DNA of 64,000 nt from an uncultured Verrucomicrobiae bacterium (GCA_963764165.1 CAVXRD010000002.1:320001-384000), one strand, 5' to 3'. Numbered from the stretch's first letter, positions 10,552 to 19,753 are shown. The notes: a model not told the origin generated them from the letters alone. Made by a program: numbers and translations.

Positions 10552-10573
10552 GTGTATCAATGAATTAATACAT
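10552..10573. promoter_or_regulatory. Putative YtrA-type operator
   Basis: Dyad TGTAT-CAATGAATTA-ATACA about 20 bp upstream of the gntR start; resembles TGTA...TACA YtrA-subfamily sites. Confidence 0.65.
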
Positions 10574-10610
10574 TAATCCAAATTGGTCAAGCTGTTTTTT
10601 TCTCTCTAAA

Positions 10611-10690
10611 ACTGGCGACTGGCGAGGCCAGTCGTCCGCACCCGAGGTCGGGTGCGCTCCCCTTGAAACGAACTGCGTCGTTCCGGCCAA
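10611..10690. repeat. REP-like hairpin arm (same family as 1715-1887)
   Basis: CGACTGGCGAGGCCAGTCG and GCACCCGAGGTCGGGTGC hairpins, then GCGCTCCCC and a similar tail. Confidence 0.55.
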
Positions 10691-10784
10691 GCCGTGTCGC
10701 GAACGCTTGAAAAATGTGTGATCCATGGACTCGGCGGAGTCCTCAGAACCTGCGGTTGGATCCTTGGCCTTCGGCCCCTGTTTT

Positions 10785-11801
10785 TTATTTGAAATCCTGC
10801 GGCTTCAATCCTTTTCTAGCTTTTCCGAAACCAAAAAAAGTGGGCTGGTAGGGGCCAGCATAACTAACGTCCAAAGTGGGGGTGATGTCCTTCCCAAGCC
10901 CCGTCGTCCAATAACAAGCGTTGACAAGCAAACGGCGAAGCCCTTCGTTTTGCAAATCCACGGACGCGCCCGCCGTCGTCGTCACAACGGGTGAACTTCT
11001 GCCATTTTCACCCTTGTTGACAGCAACCCACACGACCGGCGTCAGCGGTTCATTTTTCGGGCCGGTCACCGGAGCGTCGTTTGAATCCATGCCTGTCAAT
11101 ACTTGCCCCCAGACCAGCACGTTTGTGAAATCGGGCCGGTGCGCCACCGTATAAACATCCGATGGCCACCAGAGATTGGTGACGCCGAGCAGAATTTCTC
11201 CCGCCGGAGAATTCAGGACTGACTTGTTAATCAACCCGCGCGTGCTTTCCTTGCCATGGTCTCCGTGATGGCTGACCCACGTTTCGCCCAGCACCTGCTG
11301 GCCGAAGCCTCCGGGCCACTCATGGCTGGCCCAATCGAATTTGGCGTAAGGGCTGGCTTTGTTGTGCTCATATGCAAAGGCGTGAGTGCTGGTGCGCAGC
11401 GCGATAATGGGTTTTCCGGCGTGAAGGTAGTCAACAAAATGTTTCATCTGCGCGTCGGGCCATTCCCGAAAACGCAGGAGCATCACGCAAAGATCAGCGG
11501 AATCGAGCGCCTCGAGTCCCGGTTCATTGGTATGGCAATCGGGATCAACCACGCCGGCGGCGTTGATGGAGAACAGCACTGTGCATTTGAATCCGTGCCG
11601 CTCGGCCAGAATTTTTGCCAGCATCGGCAATCCTTCTTCCGAGCGATACTCCTCGTCGCCAGTCAAGAAGACGATGTGCTTGCCCGCACCCGGGCCCTTG
11701 CCGCCTTCGTAAACTATTTGATCGGAAGCGCGCAACAGCGGCCCGAGGCAGAATAAAGCGGCGAAAACCGCGGCTTGAAAAAAGCGCGAGAATGGCGTCA
11801 T
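10785..11801 (-). CDS. Secreted ThuA-like / class I glutamine-amidotransferase-fold protein
   Basis: HIVFLTGDEEYRSEE, LRTSTHAF and RRLLVNACYW. The ATG overlaps the DUF2950 stop (ATGA). Confidence 0.8.
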   Translation of the reverse strand: MTPFSRFFQAAVFAALFCLGPLLRASDQIVYEGGKGPGAGKHIVFLTGDEEYRSEEGLPMLAKILAERHGFKCTVLFSINAAGVVDPDCHTNEPGLEALDSADLCVMLLRFREWPDAQMKHFVDYLHAGKPIIALRTSTHAFAYEHNKASPYAKFDWASHEWPGGFGQQVLGETWVSHHGDHGKESTRGLINKSVLNSPAGEILLGVTNLWWPSDVYTVAHRPDFTNVLVWGQVLTGMDSNDAPVTGPKNEPLTPVVWVAVNKGENGRSSPVVTTTAGASVDLQNEGLRRLLVNACYWTTGLGKDITPTLDVSYAGPYQPTFFGFGKARKGLKPQDFK

Positions 11802-12745
11802 TCGGAAACAGGCTTCCAACCGGGCGCAGGATCATACTCTGACATTTTGCCAACAAGCTCGGCGGTCTTTGGGCCAAGGTTGCGCTCGTAGACTTTGTCT
11901 TCCTGGTTGATGATGAAAGTCATGACGCCAGAGTTTGACCATTCGGCGGGCCACGCGACAAGCGCAAAACCCGCCACCATGTGGCCATTGATGATATAAT
12001 TATATTTCCCGCCGGGCGCGTGCCTGCCTTCGCGGGTGAGAACCTTGAAATAATATCCGTGATACGGGTTTTGCGGCTCGCTCATGATTTTCGTCGTGTG
12101 GCTGTAGCCTTCGCCGTGCGACTCCGCGATCAGCGGGCCCAGCGGACTTGTCTCCTCGCCTGCCTCGGCGTGCCAGTAGAGGCCGTCGTGCTTGCCGGTC
12201 GAGCTTCGCAAATTTTGCGCATATTCAATAACGCCCGAACCGTCGTGGCTTTCCATGGCGTATTCGCGCTGGGCCTGCACGTAGGCATGGCAAACCTTGA
12301 TCGTGTCCAATTCGTTGCGACCGATGCGGCGATTAAGTATTTCCTCCCGGCCGCCCTCGGTGTTAAAATACCACTCGCCCCCCTGCTTCACTAAGGCAAT
12401 GGGGAACGGCCAGGTGTCATAGCCCAACTCCAAACCCACAAACGTGTCCGACTGCGCCACGGGCGTGACCCGCTGGGTTACGCGTTGCGAAAGATGTTCC
12501 AACCCGTTGCTGGCTTGCACGGCATCGGCGGAAATCAATTCCCGCAACTCAGGTCCAAAGATAGTCTCCAACGCGTTGGTATCTTTGCTGGATGCGGCTG
12601 CGACGAAGGCTTTGATCGCCTCGTTGGTGCTCGTGAAGCGCTCCTCATTTGCCGCGTTCGCGGTGCCCGCCAGAACAACGAGTCCCGCCACAGATAATGT
12701 CCGCCACAAAAGCAGGCTCTGAAAGAAAGAGCAAATAGATTTCAT
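11798..12745 (-). CDS. DUF2950-family protein
   Basis: WPFPIALVK, EEILNRRIGRNEL, AYVQAQREY, DGLYW, PYHGYYFKVL, GFALVAWPAEW..SGVMTF. Confidence 0.9.
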   Translation of the reverse strand: MKSICSFFQSLLLWRTLSVAGLVVLAGTANAANEERFTSTNEAIKAFVAAASSKDTNALETIFGPELRELISADAVQASNGLEHLSQRVTQRVTPVAQSDTFVGLELGYDTWPFPIALVKQGGEWYFNTEGGREEILNRRIGRNELDTIKVCHAYVQAQREYAMESHDGSGVIEYAQNLRSSTGKHDGLYWHAEAGEETSPLGPLIAESHGEGYSHTTKIMSEPQNPYHGYYFKVLTREGRHAPGGKYNYIINGHMVAGFALVAWPAEWSNSGVMTFIINQEDKVYERNLGPKTAELVGKMSEYDPAPGWKPVSE

Positions 12746-12754
12746 ATGGATCCC

Positions 12755-13834
12755 TTAATGATGCCCTCCGCCCCCCCCGTGACCGCCACCTCCGCCACCG
12801 CTGAATCCACCGCCGTGGGACTCTCCGCCGCCACCGTGCGGCTCCGGGGCGGGAGCGCTGTGAATTTCCGCCCTGCTGGCGGCTCCGCGCGCGCTCGACT
12901 CCACCGCTTCGTGCCCGCTTTGTCCGCCGACGAAGAACCCGCGCGACGGCGCAGGCGCAGGATGAAAGGCCGGGACGTTTCGCCACGTTGTCGGAGCCGA
13001 ATGAATTACAGATGCGTCCACATTGTTATGCGGCGCTTCGCGGGGCGGCTCGGGATGCGCAAAGGTGTGCTCGACCGGATGCGATTCATAGCCCCGTTCC
13101 CAGCCTCCCCGTGCCACTCCGCCGCCACCGGCACGCCACACGGGCTCGGGATGCCCGAGGATAAAGTTGTGGCGGTAAGTTGGCGGACGATGCCACCAAT
13201 CCCCGGGGCGCTCATGCCCCGGTCCCCAGAAAATCAATCCGTGAGTGTGCCAATTCCAATCGTAAACCAGCCACCCGCCGATGGGCAGAGCATAGGGAAA
13301 AGTGCAGAAAACGCCCGGCTGGGAGTAAATCACAGCGGGGTCGTAGCTGGGCACATACATTTGGTTGGGATCAGTGGGATCAATTTCAATATCGCCGCCG
13401 TCATCCACCACAGATTCCTGCGGGGTCGTTGGCAAATTGCCAAGATTTTGCGCCTGGCCTCGAAGCTGTTGAATGGCAGCCATCACGTCGGCCTGCTGGT
13501 TCTCGAATGCCTGTCCCAATTGCGTTGTCCATGGAAGATTATCGTCCATCCATTTCAAAACGTTGGCGTAATTGGCCAGCGCTTGGACACTCGGATCCCA
13601 TCCTTGGTCGGGAATTTGATTCGGATCACCGCCGCCGCTGACATAACGGTCCGCCAGCGTGATTTGCGCGGGAAAAGTCGACGCCGGAAGAATTTCAGCA
13701 ATCAAGGGATCCGGATAAAGCGCGATGGGGCCAACCAATTGCGTGAGCTGGTCCTGCGAAAGCCCTTGCGCGGAAGCCACCGCCGCGGAACAGACGAGAA
13801 ACACCAACCCGGACAACGCCGCCAGTTTCTTCAT
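12755..13834 (-). CDS. DUF3300-family protein with Gly/His-rich tail
   Basis: LVGPIALYPDPLIAEILPASTFP, WDPSVQAL, WTTQLGQAF and YVPSYDP; usual partner of DUF2950. Confidence 0.9.
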   Translation of the reverse strand: MKKLAALSGLVFLVCSAAVASAQGLSQDQLTQLVGPIALYPDPLIAEILPASTFPAQITLADRYVSGGGDPNQIPDQGWDPSVQALANYANVLKWMDDNLPWTTQLGQAFENQQADVMAAIQQLRGQAQNLGNLPTTPQESVVDDGGDIEIDPTDPNQMYVPSYDPAVIYSQPGVFCTFPYALPIGGWLVYDWNWHTHGLIFWGPGHERPGDWWHRPPTYRHNFILGHPEPVWRAGGGGVARGGWERGYESHPVEHTFAHPEPPREAPHNNVDASVIHSAPTTWRNVPAFHPAPAPSRGFFVGGQSGHEAVESSARGAASRAEIHSAPAPEPHGGGGESHGGGFSGGGGGGHGGGGGHH

Positions 13835-13890
13835 ATCGCAACCTCTGCCCGGTTATGCCTCCAGTCAAGTGACTTTCTTAACCCATGAGC

Positions 13891-13924
13891 GGCCACAGAT
13901 CGACACAGATCAACACGGATGAAA
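13891..13924 (+). repeat. (CACAGAT)x3 repeat arm
   Basis: GGCCACAGATCGACACAGATCAACACGGATGAAA is a 30/34 inverted match to 14521-14554; a same-orientation variant lies at 14425-14454. Confidence 0.8.
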
Positions 13925-14025
13925 ATTCAAAAAAAGATCCCGATCCTACCATTGAATACATAATCTCGAAAAACCGGTAACATCGGTTACAATGTTGATT
14001 ATAAAGCACTTAAAAGGTAACAAAA

Positions 14026-14343
14026 GGTTCCTCGCCATTTTCGGTGGAATGAGACAACTCGTTAGCCGTCGCTGCGGGACAACCCATTTGGAATCCAGGC
14101 TTGGCACTGGCTTGGCCAAAGCTCGGTATAGTGTATGATCTCGAAAAAGGGGCAACACCCGCTACACGGTTGACCATCAACGAGATAAGGGGCAACAAAA
14201 ATAGCAACAAACCCGCAACAGACCCGCAACATTTCTTCCCGCGCTGTCGGGTTGCATGAAACGCGGCGTCTTTCCGTCGTTCCCTGAAAATTTTCATCAA
14301 GATGCCTGCACCCTCATTGTTCCATTGAAAACAGCGAGGAACC
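14026..14343. mobile_element. 318-bp MITE-like element with TIRs and an 8-bp target-site duplication
   Basis: Left end GGTTCCTCGCCATTTTCGGTGGAATGAG; right end CTCATTGTTCCATTGAAAACAGCGAGGAACC. TAACAAAA is duplicated at 14018-14025 and 14344-14351. Confidence 0.85.
14131..14238 (+). repeat. Six-repeat non-coding module, copy B (GCAACA type), inside the MITE
   Basis: Hexamers at 14152, 14161, 14192, 14204, 14215 and 14226; central TTGACCATCAA. Confidence 0.85.
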
Positions 14344-14424
14344 TAACAAAATGGTAATACACCGGTAACAAGTGGTAATATTTCCTCCGGGCGCGGCCAT
14401 TCCTGGCCCATAAGCAAGGGCATT

Positions 14425-14554
14425 GGCCTCAGATTGACGCAGATGAACGCAGATTATTCGGAAGCCAATTTTTTCTCGTGCACGGTCTTTGCTGCGCTCC
14501 AAAGTCTTCGCCCGTCTTGGTTTTATCTGTGTTGATCTGTGCCCATCTGTGGCC
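14425..14554. repeat. Hairpin element with (CAGAT)x3 / (ATCTG)x3 arms
   Basis: GGCCTCAGATTGACGCAGATGAACGCAGAT ... ATCTGTGTTGATCTGTGCCCATCTGTGGCC. Confidence 0.75.
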
Positions 14555-14641
14555 TATTTCCCAGTTCAGTTTGAAACGAATCGGCTTTCTTTTTGTCCAA
14601 TGGCTGTATAACAATCGGCGGCGCACTAATTTTATCCGAGG

Positions 14642-15646
14642 ATGAGCATGAATACCGAAGAACAGATTCAAACTTTTCGCGCGGCTTTTGAGTCGCTGCG
14701 GGCCGAAATCGGCAAAGTCATCGTCGGCCACCGCGAAATTGTCGAGGGAACACTCATTGCCATCTTCGGCGGCGGCCACGTCCTTCTGGAAGGCGTGCCG
14801 GGCCTGGGGAAGACCCTCCTCGTCCGCACCTTGAGCGAAGTGCTCGACATGAGTTTCAACCGCATCCAATTCACGCCCGACTTGATGCCAGCCGACATTC
14901 TCGGCACGAACATCGTGATGGAAACGCCGGGAGGGCGGCGCGAATTTCAATTTCAGAAAGGCCCGATTTTCGCCCATCTCCTGCTGGCGGACGAAATCAA
15001 CCGCGCCACGCCCAAAACGCAATCCGCGATGCTCGAGGCGATGCAGGAAAAAAGCGTCACGGCGGGCGGCGAAATCCGGCGTCTGGGCGAACCGTTCTTC
15101 GTGCTGGCCACGCAAAATCCAATCGATCAGGAAGGGACGTATCCCCTGCCCGAGGCGCAATTGGATCGTTTCTTTTTCAAGTTGATCGTCGGCTATCCCA
15201 CCGGCCCGGAATTAACCGAAGTATTGACGCGCACCACCGAGGGCGGAAAAGTGGAGATCAATCGCGTGCTGGCCAAGGAACAGGTTGTTGAATTGCAAAA
15301 ACTGGTGCGCCAGGTGCCGGTGGCTTCGCATGTCAAGGATTACGCCGTTCGTCTTGTTTTGAGCACGCACCCGAAATCGGAGACAGCCGCGCCCATTTCC
15401 AATCAGTATTTACGCTTCGGCAGCAGCCCGCGCGGCGCGCAAACATTGCTGCTGGCTTCCAAAGTGCGCGCGCTCATGCAGGGCCGTTTCAACGTGAGTT
15501 TTGACGACATTCAATCCGTCGCCACGGCGACGTTGCGGCATCGTTTGATTTTGAATTTCGAGGCGGAAGCGGAAGGCATCACGACCGACCTGATCATCGC
15601 GCAAATCCTAAAGGACGTGCCCAAAGACGCAGAGGTCGCAGCATAA
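14642..15646 (+). CDS. MoxR-family AAA+ ATPase
   Basis: HVLLEGVPGLGKT, RIQFTPDLMPADI, LADEINRATPKTQSAMLEAM, GTYPLPEAQLDRF. Confidence 0.95.
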   Translation: MSMNTEEQIQTFRAAFESLRAEIGKVIVGHREIVEGTLIAIFGGGHVLLEGVPGLGKTLLVRTLSEVLDMSFNRIQFTPDLMPADILGTNIVMETPGGRREFQFQKGPIFAHLLLADEINRATPKTQSAMLEAMQEKSVTAGGEIRRLGEPFFVLATQNPIDQEGTYPLPEAQLDRFFFKLIVGYPTGPELTEVLTRTTEGGKVEINRVLAKEQVVELQKLVRQVPVASHVKDYAVRLVLSTHPKSETAAPISNQYLRFGSSPRGAQTLLLASKVRALMQGRFNVSFDDIQSVATATLRHRLILNFEAEAEGITTDLIIAQILKDVPKDAEVAA

Positions 15647-15653
15647 GCTGGCC

Positions 15654-16580
15654 ATGGCGCTGCTGACTCCTGAACTTTTGCGGCGGCTGGAGCAATTTCA
15701 ACTGCTGGCCGCCCGCCGCTCGAAAAGCACCGCCAAGGGCGAGCGCCGCAGCAAGGCCCGCGGCCAATCCGTCGAGTTCGCCGATTACCGCAGCTACGTG
15801 GCGGGCGATGATTTCCGGCACCTCGATTGGAATCTTTACGGCCGCCTCGACAAACTTTTTCTCAAGCTTTACGAGGAGGAACGCGAGCTGCCCGTCCGAA
15901 TCTTCCTCGATGCCAGCGAATCGATGACCTTCGGCACGCCGCCCAAATTTGATTTCGCCCGCCGGGTGGCGGCGGCGATTGGATACGTGGCCTTGTGCGG
16001 ATTTGACCGCGTCACCATCCAGGTTTTTCCAGAGCTCGACACAAAAGCTCCGAACACCGATGCCGCCGCGTTGAGCGCGGAACTGGCGGCGCGCGGCGGC
16101 TTGCGGGCGGTGCGCGGGCGGAAATCGTCGCTTCAATTCTTCCAAAACCTTTCGCAGCTTTCCGCGCGCGGCTCGGCGGATTTCAATGACAGCATGCGCC
16201 GCGGCGCGTTGATGGCCCGGCATACGGGCGTCGCTGTCATCCTGAGCGATTTCCTTGATCCCGGCGGTTACGAAACGGGGTTGAACGCGCTGATTTCGCG
16301 CGGCTTCCAGGTGAACGCTGTGCAAATATTAGCGCCGGAAGAATTAAATCCCTCGACGTTTGGCGATTTGCGTTTAGTTGACTCCGAAACCGGCACGATG
16401 CAGGAAGTCACCTTCGGCAAATATCGCCTGAAAGCATACCAGCAAACCGTGCAGAATTTCTGCCAGCGCCTGCGCGAATTTTGTTCCGGCCGCGGCGTGA
16501 GTTTTTTCAGCGTCAGTTCGGATATGGCCCTGGAGCAACTCCTGCTGAAGCAGCTTCGCCAGGCGGAAGTGTGGGGATAA
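15654..16580 (+). CDS. DUF58 domain protein
   Basis: GQSVEFADYRSYVAGDDFRHLDW, FLDASESM and ILSDFLD; follows the MoxR gene. Confidence 0.93.
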   Translation: MALLTPELLRRLEQFQLLAARRSKSTAKGERRSKARGQSVEFADYRSYVAGDDFRHLDWNLYGRLDKLFLKLYEEERELPVRIFLDASESMTFGTPPKFDFARRVAAAIGYVALCGFDRVTIQVFPELDTKAPNTDAAALSAELAARGGLRAVRGRKSSLQFFQNLSQLSARGSADFNDSMRRGALMARHTGVAVILSDFLDPGGYETGLNALISRGFQVNAVQILAPEELNPSTFGDLRLVDSETGTMQEVTFGKYRLKAYQQTVQNFCQRLREFCSGRGVSFFSVSSDMALEQLLLKQLRQAEVWG

Positions 16581-16604
16581 GGCGCGAAAGCGCCTCTAAT
16601 ATTG

Positions 16605-16701
16605 GTAGGGACGCCTCGCCGAGGCGTCCGGGGTGAGGCTTTCTTCACGCGCAGGCCGCGACATCCATCCCGCGCCACCGGACGCCTCGGCGAGGCGCTA
16701 C
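16605..16701. repeat. GTAG-type REP doublet (REPIN-like)
   Basis: GTAGGGACGCCTCGCCGAGGCGTCC with an inverted degenerate partner at 16680-16701. Confidence 0.85.
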
Positions 16702-16883
16702 CATTCAAAATGAAGGACAATTCGCTTCCCTTTTTTGGCGGCTTGTTACTCTTTGTCCCACCTGATGATGGAAAGTTTGCCCGGTTTCCGTGACTTCTAT
16801 CCCGAGCCGCTTCCGGGTTCCGATGTCAAACAGAAAGCCTGCCGAATCGCCCCGGCTCGAAAAAAATATATTCATCATCCCCC

Positions 16884-16936
16884 TTGACGAATCCGGGCAA
16901 ATTTAGTAATTTCAGTCGTGACAGAAATAGTTGAAA
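16884..16936 (+). promoter_or_regulatory. Sigma70-like promoter with an overlapping operator
   Basis: TTGACG-17bp-TAATTT. The dyad TTTCAGT-CGTG-ACAGAAA overlaps the -10 and expected start site. Confidence 0.6.
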
Positions 16937-17466
16937 TGAACAAGCTCAGTCCAGTTCAGCAGAAGTTCATCCTCCACTGGGGCGAGATGGGGGCCCGCTG
17001 GGGGATCAACCGGACGGTCGCGCAAATTCATGCCCTGCTCTATCTGTCCCCCACCCCTCTCCACGCCGAAGCCATCGCCGAGACGCTGGGTGTGGCTCGT
17101 TCCAACGTGAGCAACAGCCTCAAGGAACTCCAGGGCTGGCGCATCGTGAAACTCGTCCATGTCATGGGTGACAAGCGCGATCATTTTGAATCCATGAAGG
17201 ATGTCTGGGATATGTTCCGCGTGGTGCTGGATGAGCGGAAGCGCCGCGAAATCGATCCCACCCTGGCCCTGCTCGACGATTGCATCACGGAGGCCGGCAA
17301 GGAGAAAAACTCGGACAAATACACTGTCGAACGCCTGCGCGCGTTGCAGGATTTTTTCACAAAAACAACCGCCTGGTACACCCAGGTGAGCAAACTTCCG
17401 TCGGGCGCGTTGGTTAAGTTCGTTTCTGCCGGGGAAAAGGTTATGAAGGCTATCGGCTTGGGTTGA
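16936..17466 (+). CDS. GbsR/MarR-family transcriptional regulator
   Basis: FILHWGEMGARWGINRTVAQIHALL, ARSNVSNSLKELQGW, ERKRREIDPT. Confidence 0.9.
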   Translation: MNKLSPVQQKFILHWGEMGARWGINRTVAQIHALLYLSPTPLHAEAIAETLGVARSNVSNSLKELQGWRIVKLVHVMGDKRDHFESMKDVWDMFRVVLDERKRREIDPTLALLDDCITEAGKEKNSDKYTVERLRALQDFFTKTTAWYTQVSKLPSGALVKFVSAGEKVMKAIGLG

Positions 17467-17493
17467 GTTAAATTTTTTTGGAAAGAAATTTCT

Positions 17494-18327
17494 TTGAATA
17501 CAGAATTAACAGAATATAATGGAAACTGGCCGTGGATCGAAATGTGGCTGATTGCCGCCGCCCTGTTCTTCATCGCGAAGGGGCTGACGCTTCGAGGGGC
17601 CCTGAAATCCGGCCTCGCTCCCACGCCCCTGCGAATCTTCGGTTATCTATTCGCCTGGCCCGGGCTGGATGCGAATGCGTTCCTTGGCACATGCATTCCC
17701 CGGCCGCCTCGTGTGTTTGAATCGGTGGCCGCCATTGGAAATGTCGCTGCGGGGATCGCAATGATTTGGGGATTGCCTCACGGCTTCGCTGCATACCATC
17801 CGCAAGCTACGGGCTGGATCGCCATGGTCGGAATCGCATTGACGCTTCATTTCGGTCTCTTCGCAATTCTCTCGGCGGCGTGGCGCTGCGTCGGCGTGAA
17901 TGCCGCGCCGATCATGAAGTTCCCGCTCGCCGCGACTTCTACTTCCCTCTCCCGGTTTTGGGGCGGAAGGTGGAATCGCGCCTTCAGCGACTTTGCGCAA
18001 CCGTTTTTGTTCGCGCCGCTGGCGAAGCGCTTTGGTTCGAAGATCGCCGTGCTCGGGGTCTTTCTATTCTCGGGCCTGCTGCATGAGCTGGTGATTTCTG
18101 TTCCGGCTCGCGGCGGGTTTGGACTTCCGACAGCTTATTTTGCGGCGCAAACGGCGGGCATTTGGATCGAGCGCAGCGCGCCCGGCCGCGCCGTCGGACT
18201 CGGACACGGCGCGCACGGCTGGATGTTTGCCGTCCCGGTCACCGCTGGGCCTGCTTATTGGCTTTTTCATCCTCCGTTCGTTTGTCACGTCATCCTGCCG
18301 ATGCTGAAAGCCATCGGCGCCAACTGA
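17494..18327 (+). CDS. Membrane-bound O-acyltransferase (MBOAT_2 / wax-synthase-like)
   Basis: SLSRFWGGRWNRAF and FLFSGLLHELVISVP (MBOAT Asn/His motifs); multi-TM. Start uncertain. Confidence 0.85.
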   Translation: MNTELTEYNGNWPWIEMWLIAAALFFIAKGLTLRGALKSGLAPTPLRIFGYLFAWPGLDANAFLGTCIPRPPRVFESVAAIGNVAAGIAMIWGLPHGFAAYHPQATGWIAMVGIALTLHFGLFAILSAAWRCVGVNAAPIMKFPLAATSTSLSRFWGGRWNRAFSDFAQPFLFAPLAKRFGSKIAVLGVFLFSGLLHELVISVPARGGFGLPTAYFAAQTAGIWIERSAPGRAVGLGHGAHGWMFAVPVTAGPAYWLFHPPFVCHVILPMLKAIGAN

Positions 18328-18335
18328 AAGGAATT

Positions 18336-18758
18336 ATGAAAACCACCACAATGACACTGCTGCTCGAAATCGCCGGAGTGATGCACCTCGGCTTGCTTTG
18401 CGCGGGCGGACTAATGCCGCGCGTGGTGAATCTGCGCGAACACCTGAGACCGCTGCCCAAATTCATCCGGCGGCTGTTCTGGATCTACTATTCATTCATC
18501 GCATTGTGCCTGGTGAGCTTTGGATCGCTGACATGGATCTTCGCGCCCACGCTGGCCTCGCATACGCCGCTCGCTCGCGCGATTTGCCTATTCTTGACAG
18601 CATTCTGGACACTGCGGCTGATCGCTGCGACCTTTGTCTTCGATCTTCGCCCCTACCTTGCAAACCACTTCCTCATGGCGGGCTACCACGCGACCAATGT
18701 GGTGTTCGTTTATCTGCCCGTCGTTTACGCCATGGCGGCGTGGAAAGGATTGCCATGA
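18336..18758 (+). CDS. Hypothetical 4-TM membrane protein
   Basis: RBS AAGGA before ATG 18336; four hydrophobic helices; coupled to the next gene by ATGA. Confidence 0.8.
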   Translation: MKTTTMTLLLEIAGVMHLGLLCAGGLMPRVVNLREHLRPLPKFIRRLFWIYYSFIALCLVSFGSLTWIFAPTLASHTPLARAICLFLTAFWTLRLIAATFVFDLRPYLANHFLMAGYHATNVVFVYLPVVYAMAAWKGLP

Positions 18759-19753
18759 AAATTGCCATCACCGGAGGAACTGGATTCGTCGGGCGAAACG
18801 TTGCGCGCACCTTGGTAAACGCAGGCCACAAAGTCGTTCTCATCGCGCGCGGAGTCGATCAAACCGCCCCATCCCTTCCCACGCTTCCCAATTCCGAAAT
18901 CAAGCCGATGGGCCTCGACGACGCCGCAAAATTAGCCGAAGCCTTCGCCGGCTGCGAAGCCGTAGCCCACTGCGCAGGAATTAATCGCGAGATCGGCACG
19001 CAAACATATCAAAACGTTCATATTGACGGAACGCGGAATGTTGTGGCTGCGGCGCGGCAAGCCGGAGTTCGCAAGTTTGCGCTGCTGAGCTTTTTGCGGG
19101 CGAGGCCGAATTGCGGCTCCGGCTACCATGAATCCAAATGGGCGGCTGAGGAAATTATTCGGAATTCCGGGCTGGATTTCACCATCTTCAAATGCGGCGT
19201 CATTTACGGGAGCGGCGATCACATGCTCAATCACTTGAGCCACGCGTTTCATACGCTGCCGCTCTTTGCGTTTGTCGGTTTCACGGACAAGCCCATTCGC
19301 CCGATGGCGGTTGAGGACATTGCGGCGCTGGTAAAGGCATCGCTTGCAGACGGTGCGTTCTCGAGAAAAACCGTCGCCGCCACCGGCCCGGAATTGCTGA
19401 CGCTTCGCGGCGCAGTCAAACGTGTGGCCGGCGTATGCGGGCGCAAACCACTCATGTTTCCAATGCCAATCTGGTTCCATTACATGCTTGCGTGGTTCGT
19501 GGAGCGCCTGATGGTCACGCCGCTGATTTCGCTCGCGCAAGTCCGCATCCTGAGCGAAGGTCTCGCCGAATCCGCTGGCCCATGCGAACCACTGCCGCCC
19601 GAACTCGCGCCAAAAACTCCGTTTAGCGAGGAGCAAATCCGGCGTGGATTACCCAAACCCGGACGCTTCGGCTTGCGCGACATCCGCTGTTGCAACAAGC
19701 ACTTGCGAACGCGGCACGTTCATGGAACGCGCGCGTTTTTTGAAATGCCTTAG
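18755..19753 (+). CDS. NAD(P)-binding Rossmann protein (atypical SDR, NDUFA9-like epimerase family)
   Basis: MKIAITGGTGFVG, AVAHCAGINRE, YHESKWAAEE. Confidence 0.9.
   Translation: MKIAITGGTGFVGRNVARTLVNAGHKVVLIARGVDQTAPSLPTLPNSEIKPMGLDDAAKLAEAFAGCEAVAHCAGINREIGTQTYQNVHIDGTRNVVAAARQAGVRKFALLSFLRARPNCGSGYHESKWAAEEIIRNSGLDFTIFKCGVIYGSGDHMLNHLSHAFHTLPLFAFVGFTDKPIRPMAVEDIAALVKASLADGAFSRKTVAATGPELLTLRGAVKRVAGVCGRKPLMFPMPIWFHYMLAWFVERLMVTPLISLAQVRILSEGLAESAGPCEPLPPELAPKTPFSEEQIRRGLPKPGRFGLRDIRCCNKHLRTRHVHGTRAFFEMP

Larger units (their letters stand above)
13950..14388 (+). repeat. Six-repeat non-coding module, copy A (GTAACA type), interrupted by a MITE
   Basis: ATAATCTCGAAAAA, then hexamers at 13977, 13986, 14017 and, after the insert, 14354, 14365, 14375. 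Homologous to 14131-14238 and 61691-61809. Confidence 0.85.

Noticed and set aside
13950..14388. CRISPR array, here or at 61691-61809
   Set aside because: The units are 6-9 bp at 9-12 bp spacing with no 25-45 bp repeat/spacer structure, and no cas genes are present.
13891..14554. One 664-bp composite element bounded by the CACAGAT inverted repeats
   Set aside because: The right arm pairs equally well with the nearer arm at 14425 and no target duplication is visible, so this is left unresolved and not called.
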